Positions 20,089-31,020 of a stretch of DNA of 64,000 bases are shown here, piece by piece. How positions within the stretch are numbered: position 1 is the stretch's first letter; the number at the start of each line of letters is the position of its first letter. Below the pieces are notes generated by a model, which saw only the letters and a list, made by a program, of their open reading frames with translations, searched no databases and was not told the DNA's origin. Made by a program: the position numbers and the translations under genes. This DNA comes from Cyanidioschyzon merolae (lineage: Eukaryota): NCBI GenBank assembly GCA_000091205.1, contig AP006498.2. One strand, 5' to 3'.

Positions 20089-22017
20089 ATGCGAAGCAGG
20101 TACTGCTTTTTGTTGTCAAGCACGCCCTGTAAGTACGCTGGGCAGCGTAGTCCGTTCCCTGCCAGCGCATTAGCGGGCGTATGTGCCGGAGGGCGGCTCC
20201 GCAACGTTACGCGCAACCTTCGGCCGGGGCTCCGTACTTTGCGTGCCTCAGCTGAAACAGAGCATTCGCAAGGCACCCGCCAAGCACAGTATGACTTTAT
20301 CATCGTTGGCGCTGGTGCGGCCGGCTGCGTGCTCGCTAACCGCCTATCAACGGCCCAGTTCAGCAATGGAGACCGCCGGTATCCCCGTGTACTCCTGCTG
20401 GAAGCAGGTGACGCACTCGCGGAGGCGCCGTACTTCGAGCACATTCCCCTTGGATTTCCTCAGCTGATCGGAAGCCGCCTCGACTATGGCTTTTTTTCAC
20501 GCGAGAATCCTACCCATTTGGGTGGTCGTGGAGCAGTCTACCTTCCGCGAGGTCGCGGCGAGGGAGGCTCCCATGCGATCTCGGTGATGTTGGTGCATCG
20601 TGGCTCGCGTCACGACTATGAAACGTGGGTGAAAGATTACGAGGCTCTCGGATGGGGGCCGGATGACGTCCTCCCGTACTTCAAACGGCTGGAATCGAAT
20701 GAAAGAACAGCGCAGCGGGGCGCCGACGGGGAGGCAGCGACGGCGCTGCACGGCTCGGACGGACCGCTCCGAGTGTCGGACCAGCGCTCTCCGAACCCGC
20801 TGTCGTTAGCGTTCATTGAAGCATGTCTCGAACGCGGTATCCGGCGCAACAAAGACTTTAATGATTGGGACCATGGTCAAGAGGGCGCCGGTCTCTTCCA
20901 GGTCACCCAGCGAGACGGCCGGCGCGAAAGCCCAGCGACTGCCTATCTGCAACCGGTGCGGTCGCGCCGAAACTTGCACATTGAGACGAATGCACTCGCT
21001 GAACACCTCGTCTGGTCCAAGGACGGTCGTCGCGTCGAGGGTATTCGTTTCATTGATCGACATGGGCGCCGACGTGCAGCGCTCGCGCACTGCGAGGTGA
21101 TTCTTGCGGCGGGTGCTATTAACACGCCCCAGTTGCTGATGCTCTCCGGATTAGGTCCGGGTGCACATTTACAAGACTTTGGCATACCCGTGGTGCGAGA
21201 CCTTCCCGGGGTAGGCCAGAACCTCCAGGATCATGCGGCAGTGATGCTTTCGTACTACGCCCCGGATCCTTATGGTAAGGATCGGGACAAGAAGCGCATA
21301 TTCTACACCGAGCGCCTAGGAAAAGATCCACTGGTACTTGCCGAGTACTTTTTGCTAGGAAGAGGGCCCTTGACCTCGCCTGTGTGCGAGGCCGGTGCTT
21401 TTGTTCACACGCAGGCGGTGATCGGCGAGCCCAGCTGTGATCTGCAGCTTCGCTTTGTGCCGTTTTTCTCCGATGCAGATCCGTACAAGAGCCTCGGCGA
21501 ATATCGCAGTGGAGGTCATGTGCTAACGAATACCAGCATTCGTCCAGCAGGTTTTGGTTTGCAGGCTGTTGCGATCCGCCCGCGGAGTCGTGGTCGGATC
21601 GAGCTTGCGACGATCGACCCACGAGCACGCCCCATTATCCACACTGGATGGCTAGAGGACAAGCGAGACCTGCAGACCCTGCTCTCGGGACTGAAGCTGG
21701 GCCGAGAGATTCTCTCCGGCGACTCGATGCGCCCCTATCGTGGGCGAGAAGCATTCCCAGAAACGTTAGAGGACGATCTCGTGACCTACATCCGCCGCAC
21801 GTGCCATACAGCGAATGCGATCGTTGGCACGGCACGTATGGGAACAGGGCGCGATGCGGTTGTCGACCCTGAGCTTCGTGTCCACGGTGTTGAGCGACTG
21901 CGGGTAATCGATGCCTCTGTCATGCCGAAAATTATTGGCGGCCAGACGGGGGTTCCGACGATGATGATCGCCGAGCGTGGTGCTGATTTGGTGAAAAAGA
22001 CTTGGAAACTGGTGTAA
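20089..22017 (+). CDS. GMC-family FAD oxidoreductase (choline dehydrogenase-like)
   Basis: Rossmann 'YDFIIVGAGAAGCVLANRLS'. GMC signature 1 region 'GRGEGGSHAISVMLVHRG'. C-terminal signature 'ASVMPKIIGGQTGVPTMMIAERGADLV'. Presequence-like N-terminus. Confidence 0.85.
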   Translation: MRSRYCFLLSSTPCKYAGQRSPFPASALAGVCAGGRLRNVTRNLRPGLRTLRASAETEHSQGTRQAQYDFIIVGAGAAGCVLANRLSTAQFSNGDRRYPRVLLLEAGDALAEAPYFEHIPLGFPQLIGSRLDYGFFSRENPTHLGGRGAVYLPRGRGEGGSHAISVMLVHRGSRHDYETWVKDYEALGWGPDDVLPYFKRLESNERTAQRGADGEAATALHGSDGPLRVSDQRSPNPLSLAFIEACLERGIRRNKDFNDWDHGQEGAGLFQVTQRDGRRESPATAYLQPVRSRRNLHIETNALAEHLVWSKDGRRVEGIRFIDRHGRRRAALAHCEVILAAGAINTPQLLMLSGLGPGAHLQDFGIPVVRDLPGVGQNLQDHAAVMLSYYAPDPYGKDRDKKRIFYTERLGKDPLVLAEYFLLGRGPLTSPVCEAGAFVHTQAVIGEPSCDLQLRFVPFFSDADPYKSLGEYRSGGHVLTNTSIRPAGFGLQAVAIRPRSRGRIELATIDPRARPIIHTGWLEDKRDLQTLLSGLKLGREILSGDSMRPYRGREAFPETLEDDLVTYIRRTCHTANAIVGTARMGTGRDAVVDPELRVHGVERLRVIDASVMPKIIGGQTGVPTMMIAERGADLVKKTWKLV

Positions 22018-22635
22018 ACGCGCTCCGTGGGTGTATGCCGTTCGCGTTGCATGCAACATCGTGAACACGCAGCGGGTGCTCTGTTCGAAACTTCATAGCC
22101 ATAGTGCGCAACGCCGAGTCCCCGAGAACCCTGCAACGTGCGATGATCGAGGTATCGGGATCCTGGATAGCTACGGAGATCCAGTGCGCTATTCTAGTTA
22201 CAAAATCGTCGCATTCGGTAGGTGGCGCGCTGGGAACGGCGCAGACGTAGCACTCGGAACCGATGGATGGCGGGGCTCGTTTAACTCGGGCCTACGATCA
22301 TGAGTAAACGAACAGCTCTGCAAGCTGCTGGCATGATCGCTACGGCAGGGGGACTTGCCGTTGTTGCTGTCGCGTGCAACTAGCCGCTTGATGACAGCAG
22401 ATTCTTCGACATTTGCTTGCGACCAGTTCACTTGGACTAGACTGAAACGAGTTCCATTCTTTTTGGGCAGCGAGTATGTGCAGGCACGCTGATCCGCATG
22501 TGAAGTTGCTGCAGTACCTGAAACGTGCTGGCATCCATTTATTATTCAGCGGTGATGCGTCAGGCCGGCTTCGGTCGCAGGCAGCAGTCGATCGCCACCT
22601 CCAGGCTAGTATCCTTCTCTCAGAGACAAGCGTGA

Positions 22636-22986
22636 TCAATCCAGCGGCTGTTTGGATATCGTACGCGGCGAGCGCAATCGCTGTGGTGTCGATACCATCA
22701 CCGCCATTTTCGCGAATATATTTTTTGGGACTGAACGTCGTCTGATATTGAGGGCTACGTTGAAGTCTCGGCTGATGAACTCCCTGGGTTTATTGTCTCT
22801 GATGGAACTCACCAGTACATGGAGTTCCCCAATTGGTGCGCGCTGAGCGAATTGGCACCCTGTTAGCGCTTCGTGCTTTTCCATGGCCCAGGCGCTCCGC
22901 TGGCTTTTCTCCATCTCGACCTTCTGAAGTGTACACCCGAGTTCATCCCATAGCTTTTTTATTTCTTCAAATGAACACGCTTGCAC
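22636..22986 (-). pseudogene. Relic C-terminal fragment of a Fanzor/TnpB-like gene (TS/zinc-finger region + RuvC-III)
   Basis: 'ELGCTLQKVEMEKSQ...REFISRDFNVALNIRR' parallels 'ELGCTLQRVEMEKCQ...RIEFVNRDFNAAINVRS' of the 7160-7690 copy. No upstream RuvC-I/II ORFs are present, and a lower-GC ORF-free patch lies at 22990-23800. Confidence 0.55.
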
Positions 22987-24036
22987 ATGACCTCAGGTGA
23001 GGACATTCGCTGAGCCGGCAAGACTTGTGGGATGAAGACGAAATGTGCCCCGGTGTGTCACCGTGTGCTGAACGCTTCAGCGATTCCTCCAGTGGAGCGT
23101 TCATACCGTTTTAAGATGGAAAACGCTCCTTTGATGCGGTTGAACCGCAGAACATACAAAGGAATGAAAAGCAGCTCTATCCCGATAGATCAGGCAAAAG
23201 CTCCAACGCGTAGGGAATGGTGCAGTACCACGTCGTCTAATAGACGGACATCACCAGACGTCAGCGGACAGTCTTCAATGTTTCGACAAAGTCATTGGTG
23301 CTGTTGTCTGTGAACTCTCTACGAGCGAAACTGAGGTAGCCAAATGAATCCACTGCAGTTAGAACATTTAATGACGTCTTAGCTCTCCTCGAGTTCAATC
23401 GCGCACACAACGGGCTCCCTCTCCGCGAATACCAATATACGCTCCGGCCGTTTTATTCGAAGGACGTCTGATCGGCTGAAAAGAACAAACCGACATCCCT
23501 GTACTCTATACAGATCGCAACCTTCCAGGAACATAGTCGTTCTGATTTCCATGGAAGATGGCTGTGCTTGAACTAGGACCCTTTTTTAAGACTCTCTCCC
23601 ACAGGTTTCAGCACCACGAGAATGAGCTATTCAGAAACAGAGAGGCCCGTGGTTGCTAATATCGTCGCTTTGGCTTTCCGCAAGTTGATCAACGGGTCGT
23701 TTTCTACCGTTGACTTCAAGCAGTTACCGAGAATACCGGTGTTTGACGCAGAGCGCATCTACTTGTTTCTTTCAGTATTCCTCAACCATCTGAGTACTGC
23801 GACGTGACTGACCTAAACCAGAAACGCAGTCCTCCCTCAACTGTTCAGTGAAGAATAGATCCTACAGGCATTCTTCTACGATCTATTTTCGGTATATTGC
23901 ATCGTGGTGTCGATCTCCGGCGCACCAGCGTAGCCCCTGTGGAACAGAACTGAGTTGAAGGCCACCAGCGGCACGTGCTGCGATCGCACTGCCCGCCTGC
24001 ACGCGCTGGAGCTCGGCGATCCACATCTGGAAGAAC

Positions 24037-24900
24037 ATGTTTCCGCTCGTGATGCAGCGGCAACTCCTTGAGGCGAATATGGCACACGGTTTATCTTTTT
24101 GCTTTGTAGCAGCGTTTGGTTCGGGTAAAACACGCACCTGGAGGCAACAGCAGCTCGACCAGCGGTGCCGACCTCAGCACCGGAGACCGCAGTTGGCAGT
24201 GACGGCGACGCTGCTTGAACGTGAGCTGATTGCAGGGTCTGCTCGCGGAGCTGCCCTGGAAACCTTCAAACTCTTTTTCCGGTGCCAGCCGGGGCGTTGG
24301 CGCTCAGAACGTTGCTACTTTTATCGAGAGACCGCGGATGTTGCCGACAGGGGCGGAGAAAGCGTGGAACGCTCGGAAACGCTGTTCCAAGTCGAGCCAC
24401 TGACGGCGGAAACGACCACCAAGGTGCTGCGGGACAACGGAACGGACGAGTCGAAACTTATCAGCGAAGGTTTCCATTCGTTGGAATACGCTGCTGGGTT
24501 TAAAGTCTCGTTTAATACGAGAATGGAGCACAGCGGTGATGTAAGCGCGAGCACGAATTTACTTTTCGTTCCGCAGGTGCTGGACGTGCAGCTCGCTCGA
24601 CAACTAGGTCTCGTGCGTGGCCTCTATTTCCGCGACAAGGGTTACGAAGAAGACCGGCCGATTGTTGGTCAGTTCGAGTTTCATGTCACGACGCGTGAAC
24701 TTGTAATGGTGACGGCTTACGCGCGTACAGTTAGTGTTGATCGCATTCTACTTTGCAGTGAGCGCCAGAGACTGCGACAAATCGCCAACTATCGCCGGCC
24801 AGAGGCGTGGCAGAGGGACGCTCCCTTGGATCGGAACCGGTCGTTGTTGACGGAAGTGCGTCTCCTTGGTGCCGGTATCGAAGACCGACTGCCAGACTAA
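24037..24900 (+). CDS. Hypothetical protein
   Basis: 287-aa ORF with no recognisable motif. Confidence 0.3.
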   Translation: MFPLVMQRQLLEANMAHGLSFCFVAAFGSGKTRTWRQQQLDQRCRPQHRRPQLAVTATLLERELIAGSARGAALETFKLFFRCQPGRWRSERCYFYRETADVADRGGESVERSETLFQVEPLTAETTTKVLRDNGTDESKLISEGFHSLEYAAGFKVSFNTRMEHSGDVSASTNLLFVPQVLDVQLARQLGLVRGLYFRDKGYEEDRPIVGQFEFHVTTRELVMVTAYARTVSVDRILLCSERQRLRQIANYRRPEAWQRDAPLDRNRSLLTEVRLLGAGIEDRLPD

Positions 24901-25603
24901 ACGCGTGCTAAAGCTGTGACGAACAGCACTGTTTAGTGCGCTCCCTCTCTGCCTCAACTGTGGAGGTCCAACGCTGGAGCACTTCCCACACCTGACTAAA
25001 CTCCGGTTCAAGCCGGCGAACTGGTTCCAAGGTTTCTTCAAGAGTCTCAAGTTCCTGATTCAGTCTTCCCACTGTTTGAGCTATTCGTTGTAGAATGATG
25101 CGCTGCTGCAGTTCGTGAGGATTCGGCATGGCGCAAGGTTGACGCAAAGCGCGGCAGCGCAACTGCTCAACATCGCCAGCGTAGACTGAAAGCGATTCAA
25201 ATGCCGACGATTTTGAACGTTCACGCGACAGCGGCTGCCAATGGCCCCTGCGGCGGCTCATCCGAACGCGCAGAAACGACACGCCGGAGCGCGAGACGCC
25301 AATGCGAGCGGGATCAAAAGGACACGATCGAAAATCTGGAAATGTCTACATGATGTGCTATCAAATAGGATATTCCAGACTCTGCGTCCGCTGTGTAGCT
25401 GGAGCGCATGCTGGTTTCGTTCAGGGCGTGATGCGCAAACTGCATCGTCGGAACAGGTGCGCCTCTCGAAACACGACAACCTGCTTTCTCCAAGCTTAAG
25501 CTTTTGGCGAGCCTGGTAAAAAAAGCGGACGGTTTTTTTTCTGGGGTAAAAACGGTTCGAGATCAAGGGCGGTGGAGCTGCAACTAGGGCTTCTGGTGAG
25601 AAC

Positions 25604-27295
25604 ATGGTTCGCGAGCCAACCTTCGTGCCCTGTCACCTGAAAAGTGCTCGAACGCGTTTCGTCCACGCGTGTGCTCTTGGAGTTTGTGAGCGAGCGACAA
25701 CGCGACATGGCGCACAGCTATCGATTCGCAAAGCACGAGTGAGCGGGCACAGCGCGCCCGCAACGCACCTGCGGCACCGAGGCGGCACCCGGGACCTCGT
25801 TGCTCGCAGTTTTGGAGAGCCACCCTTCGAAGGCGACCTCGACTCGGAACGAGACTGGAAAGCGGCAGCCAACTACGATGCACCGGCGCCGAGCGCAGTC
25901 TCTCCGTGTTTTCCACTACTAGACTGGCAGGTGCCGTCTCTGCGTGCAGCTGAGGAGCGCTGGCTCGCCGAGGAAGTCCGTCTTTGGTTAGACCGAGAAT
26001 GGGAGCCGCTTGCAGCACACCGGGAGATAGGTGAAAAAGCTGCGAAAGCGGCACTTGACGCACGCATGGCGTTAGAGGGTAGCGGCAGGACCGCCAAGTT
26101 CGGTGAAGTTCTCATCACTGTTGCCTCTGAACTGGAGCGCGGCCCGAATCACCAGGTGGGTCGCGACTCCTGGAGAGAAGCCTATGTGAATCCCTTTGAT
26201 GTCGCCAACAAAGTAAGTGACCTGTACATGGTCCGGTATTTTGTAGAAACGGAACTTACTGCACCTGCGGAGGACGAGTCCGACGCGACGGACATCGATT
26301 CGAGCTGGACCGCGCTACCCCTCTCGGACACCTGTCGTTGCACTTGTCTGGATTATGAAGATATTTTGGCGATTCAAAAGCGGGCACGAGATCTGGGCCT
26401 CTCCGTTGGCCGGATCGCTTACGATAAATCGCGCCTCGGCGGTCAGGCGCAAGTGCGAAAGAACCGCACGGATACTGGGGCATCACCAACTGGAAGCAGC
26501 GTCTACGAGCGCAGCTATGCTGCAGACCATGTGGACAAAACGATACAAAGCTTTGACGATGTAATGTACCGGGAGCGAGTCCTCTATGAAGCTCTGAGAA
26601 CTAAGCGTCTCGTTCAGGAGCGAGGTCTGTATGGCGATTTTGCGCTGGGATGCAACGAAGAATACGTGAAGGCGGCGTTTCCATCAGACAAGGTCTGGGG
26701 CTGGGACCCCGACCCACACCAGCAATCGGATGCGAGACCACCATCAATGCCGATCGAGTCGACACCGTTTGATGGCATCGTGGGCTCCATTCGCGATGTT
26801 CACCCCTTCGATAGGCATGTTTTCTTTATGGGAACGCTCTACGGCGATATCCCGAGCGTAGTCGTGAATCGCGTGGTCTCCGAGACCGCACGCTTAGCAA
26901 ATCATACCATGCTGCTCCATCATGATTTTGACGTAGAAGCATTATTACGCGGGGTAGATGGCACCGATGCGATCGTTGACCAGCTGAATGGGTTATCGGT
27001 TGAGGTCGCATTTCGGGCGCTGCGCCCAGCACCGGCTGCAGCGACGTCTCAAGGCGATTCCGCCGCAGCGGAAGCGCACATGGCGGGAACGCAGTCTGAT
27101 GCAGGCACGCATGCAGCAGACGCGGATGCAGATGCAGAGCTGCGGATGCAAATTCAACGCGATCTTGATCTGCTCATCGAGACGCTGTATGGTGAGGTGG
27201 CTGCTCAGGTAGCGCTCCAAGAGAAGGATCGGAGTTTCCGAGTACGTTCCGCAATCGTACGGTACTTGGCTGCTTTCACTTGGGGTACACCCTGA
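25604..27295 (+). CDS. Hypothetical protein (acidic, C-terminal Ala/Asp-rich low-complexity tract)
   Basis: 563-aa ORF with no recognisable catalytic motif. Its length argues for a real gene. Confidence 0.35.
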   Translation: MVREPTFVPCHLKSARTRFVHACALGVCERATTRHGAQLSIRKARVSGHSAPATHLRHRGGTRDLVARSFGEPPFEGDLDSERDWKAAANYDAPAPSAVSPCFPLLDWQVPSLRAAEERWLAEEVRLWLDREWEPLAAHREIGEKAAKAALDARMALEGSGRTAKFGEVLITVASELERGPNHQVGRDSWREAYVNPFDVANKVSDLYMVRYFVETELTAPAEDESDATDIDSSWTALPLSDTCRCTCLDYEDILAIQKRARDLGLSVGRIAYDKSRLGGQAQVRKNRTDTGASPTGSSVYERSYAADHVDKTIQSFDDVMYRERVLYEALRTKRLVQERGLYGDFALGCNEEYVKAAFPSDKVWGWDPDPHQQSDARPPSMPIESTPFDGIVGSIRDVHPFDRHVFFMGTLYGDIPSVVVNRVVSETARLANHTMLLHHDFDVEALLRGVDGTDAIVDQLNGLSVEVAFRALRPAPAAATSQGDSAAAEAHMAGTQSDAGTHAADADADAELRMQIQRDLDLLIETLYGEVAAQVALQEKDRSFRVRSAIVRYLAAFTWGTP

Positions 27296-28018
27296 AAAGC
27301 CTTTCTGACACCGGTCGGAGTGTTCAGTGTCGGTACAAAAGGGTGTCGTACACCCTTATTTCGGGTACGTCTTCATCCAAACGCACCACTGCTGTTCCAT
27401 ACCGTGAACAGGCAGCGCAGTCGTGTCGATGAAGGGGTCATTGGCATTTCGGTGACGTCAACGCCGTATATCCTGATCCGACCGCGTCATGGCATGATCG
27501 GCGATTCGCGAAGCGGCGTCGTGTGATCTCTCTGTCTCCTGAGGCAAAACGGGGTCACAGGCATGCTGAGCGCACGCCCATTGGACAAGTTCCGGTCGGT
27601 ATGTGAGCGGCACGCTTTCTCTGCTGAAGAAAAGTGCTCGCGCTTGTTTGGAAAGCAGCTTGGGAACGAGTGCGTGACGATAGCGCTAATGCGTGTGTTT
27701 GTCTAATGCTTTCAAAGTCACTGTTCCGAATTCACGTGGCATTGTCAACCACCTTGATCTGTTGGGAGAGCAACTACTGGAATGAGAAGGTGCTCCATGG
27801 GACAAACTTTACATTTGTTGGCATCAGATCGCATCGAGTCGCGTCAACCGGCATCGCAGTGCCGGACGCAGCGATTCCTGGGACAGTGGCCCGCGGCCTG
27901 CCGCCATTGCCGATGCCACTGCGACGCGTTGTGACAGGCGTCAAGGATGCACGTTGGCGGCATCCGGGGACTCGTTTCATGCAACACACGATAAGGCTTT
28001 GCTCCGAGTCTTCGCTGA

Positions 28019-29686
28019 TCAGTGCCAGTCGATGAGGTCTCGTTCTGACGTACCATTGGACTGATTGGAATGCTTTGTTGTTGTGGTGCTGGCGATGGTG
28101 GCGGTCTGCGGCGGTTCCTTTCCCGCGATCCCGTAAACGTGCTGTCTTGTAGCGATCCCAGAGACAGGTTCTGAAGTTATGTCCGAGCGTTCCGACGGAT
28201 TCAAAGCGGCGTGGCTCGTGCCTTTGCGAGCCATGGATTCCGCTACGGCCAGCTGTGTGTAATCCGCATTCACTCTCTGGGATCCGGGATATTCGCTGGC
28301 TATTGAATTCAGGGAATGCGGCGCACCTGCAAATGAACGCTTGACGGAAGCTGATCCGCCGTGGACCTCACGTTGCCTGCCGGAGCACGTCTTGCCACTG
28401 AATTCAAAATGCCGGCTGGTGTCTACCTCGGGGAAGGTCGCCCAGCACAGTTCATCATCCATCGGTGCTGAACAGGCGCTTCCATGAGCTTGCAGCGCAT
28501 CGCTATTGAGCGAAGCATCGTGGACATTCAGCTGTGCGTCTCGTGAGCTGAATGGGTGTTCGTCTTGCTCGCTCTCTTGGAGAAGAAAAGCAATCGCTTC
28601 GTTTGCAGACCAACGTCGCTGCACGTCCAGTTTCAAAAGACCTCGTAGAAGCTGCTCGACACGATCAGAGTACTGAGCCCGCCGTTTGCTATCAATTAGA
28701 TGCCAGGGAGCACCAGAGATGATCTGCAGTTCGCCATCATTGGCGAAAGGATGAAAGCCATACGCCAAGCTGAAAAGCACACACCCGCAAGCCCAAATAT
28801 CCTGCTTCTCTGGCATGCTATGCACGAGGCTCGCTGATGCAAAAGCGTCGATCATCTCCGGGGCCCTGTACCATCTAGTCGTCATGGCTATGGTCGACGA
28901 ATTCGGGTCATGCGGGACATTCGCCGTCGCAACGGGATGCGATGCCAGCGCGCTCTCTCCTGGACTTGTTCGATGATCGCCTTCCGGAACAAAAAGCTGA
29001 GCGCTCGCGAGGTCGCAGAGCAACCAGCGCTGCGCCTGCGGGTCGTACAGAATGTTCTCGAGCTTCACATCGCGATGGATGATCGCTGCGGGTTGTAAAG
29101 CATGCAGGTAGCGGAGTGCACCCAGGAGGTCTAGCGCAATCCGAAGCAACCGGGATTCTGGTAGCGGCTGGCGAGCTAGGGCCTCTCTCTCGAATAGCTC
29201 CGCGAGCGAGCCGCCTCGAACTCGTTCCAGCAGAAGAAACACCGAGCTTTCGGTGCCTTCCAGCACACAACTACCGTAAAACCTTACCACGCCATTTGGA
29301 AGCTGCGGTCGATCGTGGCATCGGCACGACTCTAGGTACTCGTAGATGGCGCGTTCGTTCTCCGCAAGGCGCCGAATGTCTGCCGAGGTCCCAAAGTGGG
29401 TCGCTTTGACGACATACGGAGCCGTATAGCGGCTGTTCTTGTCGTCACAACGCTCCGAGGCCGCATGGATCGTCGCATACCCGCCAGTTGCAATCGGTGG
29501 TGACCAGAGGATAATTTCTCGGTCCCGAATGACTAGCGTCCGAAGAAGGCCGCCATCCTCTCCATCAAAGTGTTCCGGGAAACCTCCAGGATGCAGCGCA
29601 GCGCCTCGCTCTGCGTTGCGGTCTGTGGTAGGCGACGTTGCCCAGGACTGGAACCAGTCCAAGGCCCCCTTGGTCCAAGTGAACAT
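28019..29686 (-). CDS. Ser/Thr protein kinase
   Basis: Catalytic loop 'IIHRDVKLENILY', lysine 'YVVKATHFG' and APE motif 'TTRWYRAPEMI'. The DFG position reads 'CDLASAQ' and the activation segment is long. Ser/Pro-rich C-terminal tail. Confidence 0.8.
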   Translation of the reverse strand: MFTWTKGALDWFQSWATSPTTDRNAERGAALHPGGFPEHFDGEDGGLLRTLVIRDREIILWSPPIATGGYATIHAASERCDDKNSRYTAPYVVKATHFGTSADIRRLAENERAIYEYLESCRCHDRPQLPNGVVRFYGSCVLEGTESSVFLLLERVRGGSLAELFEREALARQPLPESRLLRIALDLLGALRYLHALQPAAIIHRDVKLENILYDPQAQRWLLCDLASAQLFVPEGDHRTSPGESALASHPVATANVPHDPNSSTIAMTTRWYRAPEMIDAFASASLVHSMPEKQDIWACGCVLFSLAYGFHPFANDGELQIISGAPWHLIDSKRRAQYSDRVEQLLRGLLKLDVQRRWSANEAIAFLLQESEQDEHPFSSRDAQLNVHDASLNSDALQAHGSACSAPMDDELCWATFPEVDTSRHFEFSGKTCSGRQREVHGGSASVKRSFAGAPHSLNSIASEYPGSQRVNADYTQLAVAESMARKGTSHAALNPSERSDITSEPVSGIATRQHVYGIAGKEPPQTATIASTTTTKHSNQSNGTSERDLIDWH

Positions 29687-29898
29687 CTCGAAACGATTAA
29701 AGATCCTTCCCCTGGTATTCCCACTAAACAGGTAAATTTTTTGTAACCAGGATCAACAGAGCGTCCATGTCTCGCGATCGTTCGCCAGTTCCCTGCCACT
29801 CAGCCCAGGGCCGTTACGTGCCGCAGGTGAAGACTCGCAAGCCAGCGATACACAGGCGGAGCGCCTCGACCCGCTCTCCGTTGCATGCGGTTCTGTAG

Positions 29899-31020
29899 AT
29901 GGACCAGGCACTCGTTGCCGAGCACTATAACCGTAGAAAAGATGAGGGAAAAGAAGGACGAAAGTCTTCTCGAATCATACGCCTGCGAAATCTGAACAAC
30001 TGGATCAAGGCGGTTCTGATTGGACTGCACTCGAGACCCGGTTGCGTCGTGCTTGACCTCGCTTGTGGAAAAGGCGGCGACCTGCTCAAGTTCGCTCGAG
30101 CTCAGGTTTCACACTGGGTTGGTGTAGATCATGCTCGCGTGTCTCTAGAGCACGCTGTACAGCGCTACAACGACTTGGGTCCGAAGCAGCGCTCGTTTCC
30201 TGCACACTTCTTGTGCGGCGATGTGTTCGGCGTTGATCTCGAAGCAAATCTGGACCTCGAGTGGCCTGCGTTCGACCTCGTTAGCTGTCAGTTTGCGGTG
30301 CACTACGCTTTCGAAAGTGAACAGCGAGTTCGGCAGATGCTGCACAACGTTACCTGTCGACTGAAACCGGGTGGGTTTTTCATTGGAACGACGCCGGACG
30401 CTAATGTGTTGGTGAGCAAGCTGCGCGCAGCAAGTGGCTTGTCTTTCGGAAACAGTATTTACCGGATCTCGTTTGAAAATTCGAGTCAGAGTATCGACGC
30501 AGATGGAACGTCGGCGGATCTAGGGAACTTGGAGCACGATCCAGCGCCGACTCTGGAAACTGCAACCAGTGCGGCGAAGCGTTTCCCGCCGAGCCGGCCG
30601 TTCGGTATCCGGTATCATTTCACTTTGGACGAAAATGTCGAAGACTGTCCAGAATACCTGGTGCATTTTCCAACCTTTGAGCGAATCGCCGCGGAATATG
30701 ACCTGGAGCTGTTGCTCCGAATGAACTTTCATGCGTTTGTGAACGCCTTTGCACTTCAGGCGGACGCACCAGCTCGATTCCGCGACCTTTTTCAACGAAT
30801 GCAGGTTCTTGATCCCGAGTCGGGCACGATTTCGCCTGAAGAGTGGGATGCAGCGTACCTGTATCTCGTGTTCGCGTTTCGGAAACGCGGCCAGGGACCG
30901 TCCGCTGCAACCGAGAGGCATGCACCCGTCCAGACGGAGCAGGCTGCGCCTCTGGATCCGCAGCTATCGATTCGAGACCTCAGCGCCCCGTCAAAGCCTG
31001 GGAATAGCGGGGACACGTAG
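29899..31020 (+). CDS. RNMT: mRNA cap guanine-N7 methyltransferase
   Basis: SAM motif I 'VLDLACGKGGDLLKF'. Cap-MTase block 'FDLVSCQFAVHYAFESE'. 'RLKPGGFFIGTTPD'. 'YLVFAFRK' near the C-terminus. Confidence 0.8.
   Translation: MDQALVAEHYNRRKDEGKEGRKSSRIIRLRNLNNWIKAVLIGLHSRPGCVVLDLACGKGGDLLKFARAQVSHWVGVDHARVSLEHAVQRYNDLGPKQRSFPAHFLCGDVFGVDLEANLDLEWPAFDLVSCQFAVHYAFESEQRVRQMLHNVTCRLKPGGFFIGTTPDANVLVSKLRAASGLSFGNSIYRISFENSSQSIDADGTSADLGNLEHDPAPTLETATSAAKRFPPSRPFGIRYHFTLDENVEDCPEYLVHFPTFERIAAEYDLELLLRMNFHAFVNAFALQADAPARFRDLFQRMQVLDPESGTISPEEWDAAYLYLVFAFRKRGQGPSAATERHAPVQTEQAAPLDPQLSIRDLSAPSKPGNSGDT

Noticed and set aside
28019-29686. Kinase with 'DLA' instead of 'DFG', possibly a pseudokinase
   Set aside because: The catalytic HRD, the VAIK-type lysine and the APE motif are intact. 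DLG and DLA variants occur in active kinases, so there is not enough evidence for a pseudokinase call.
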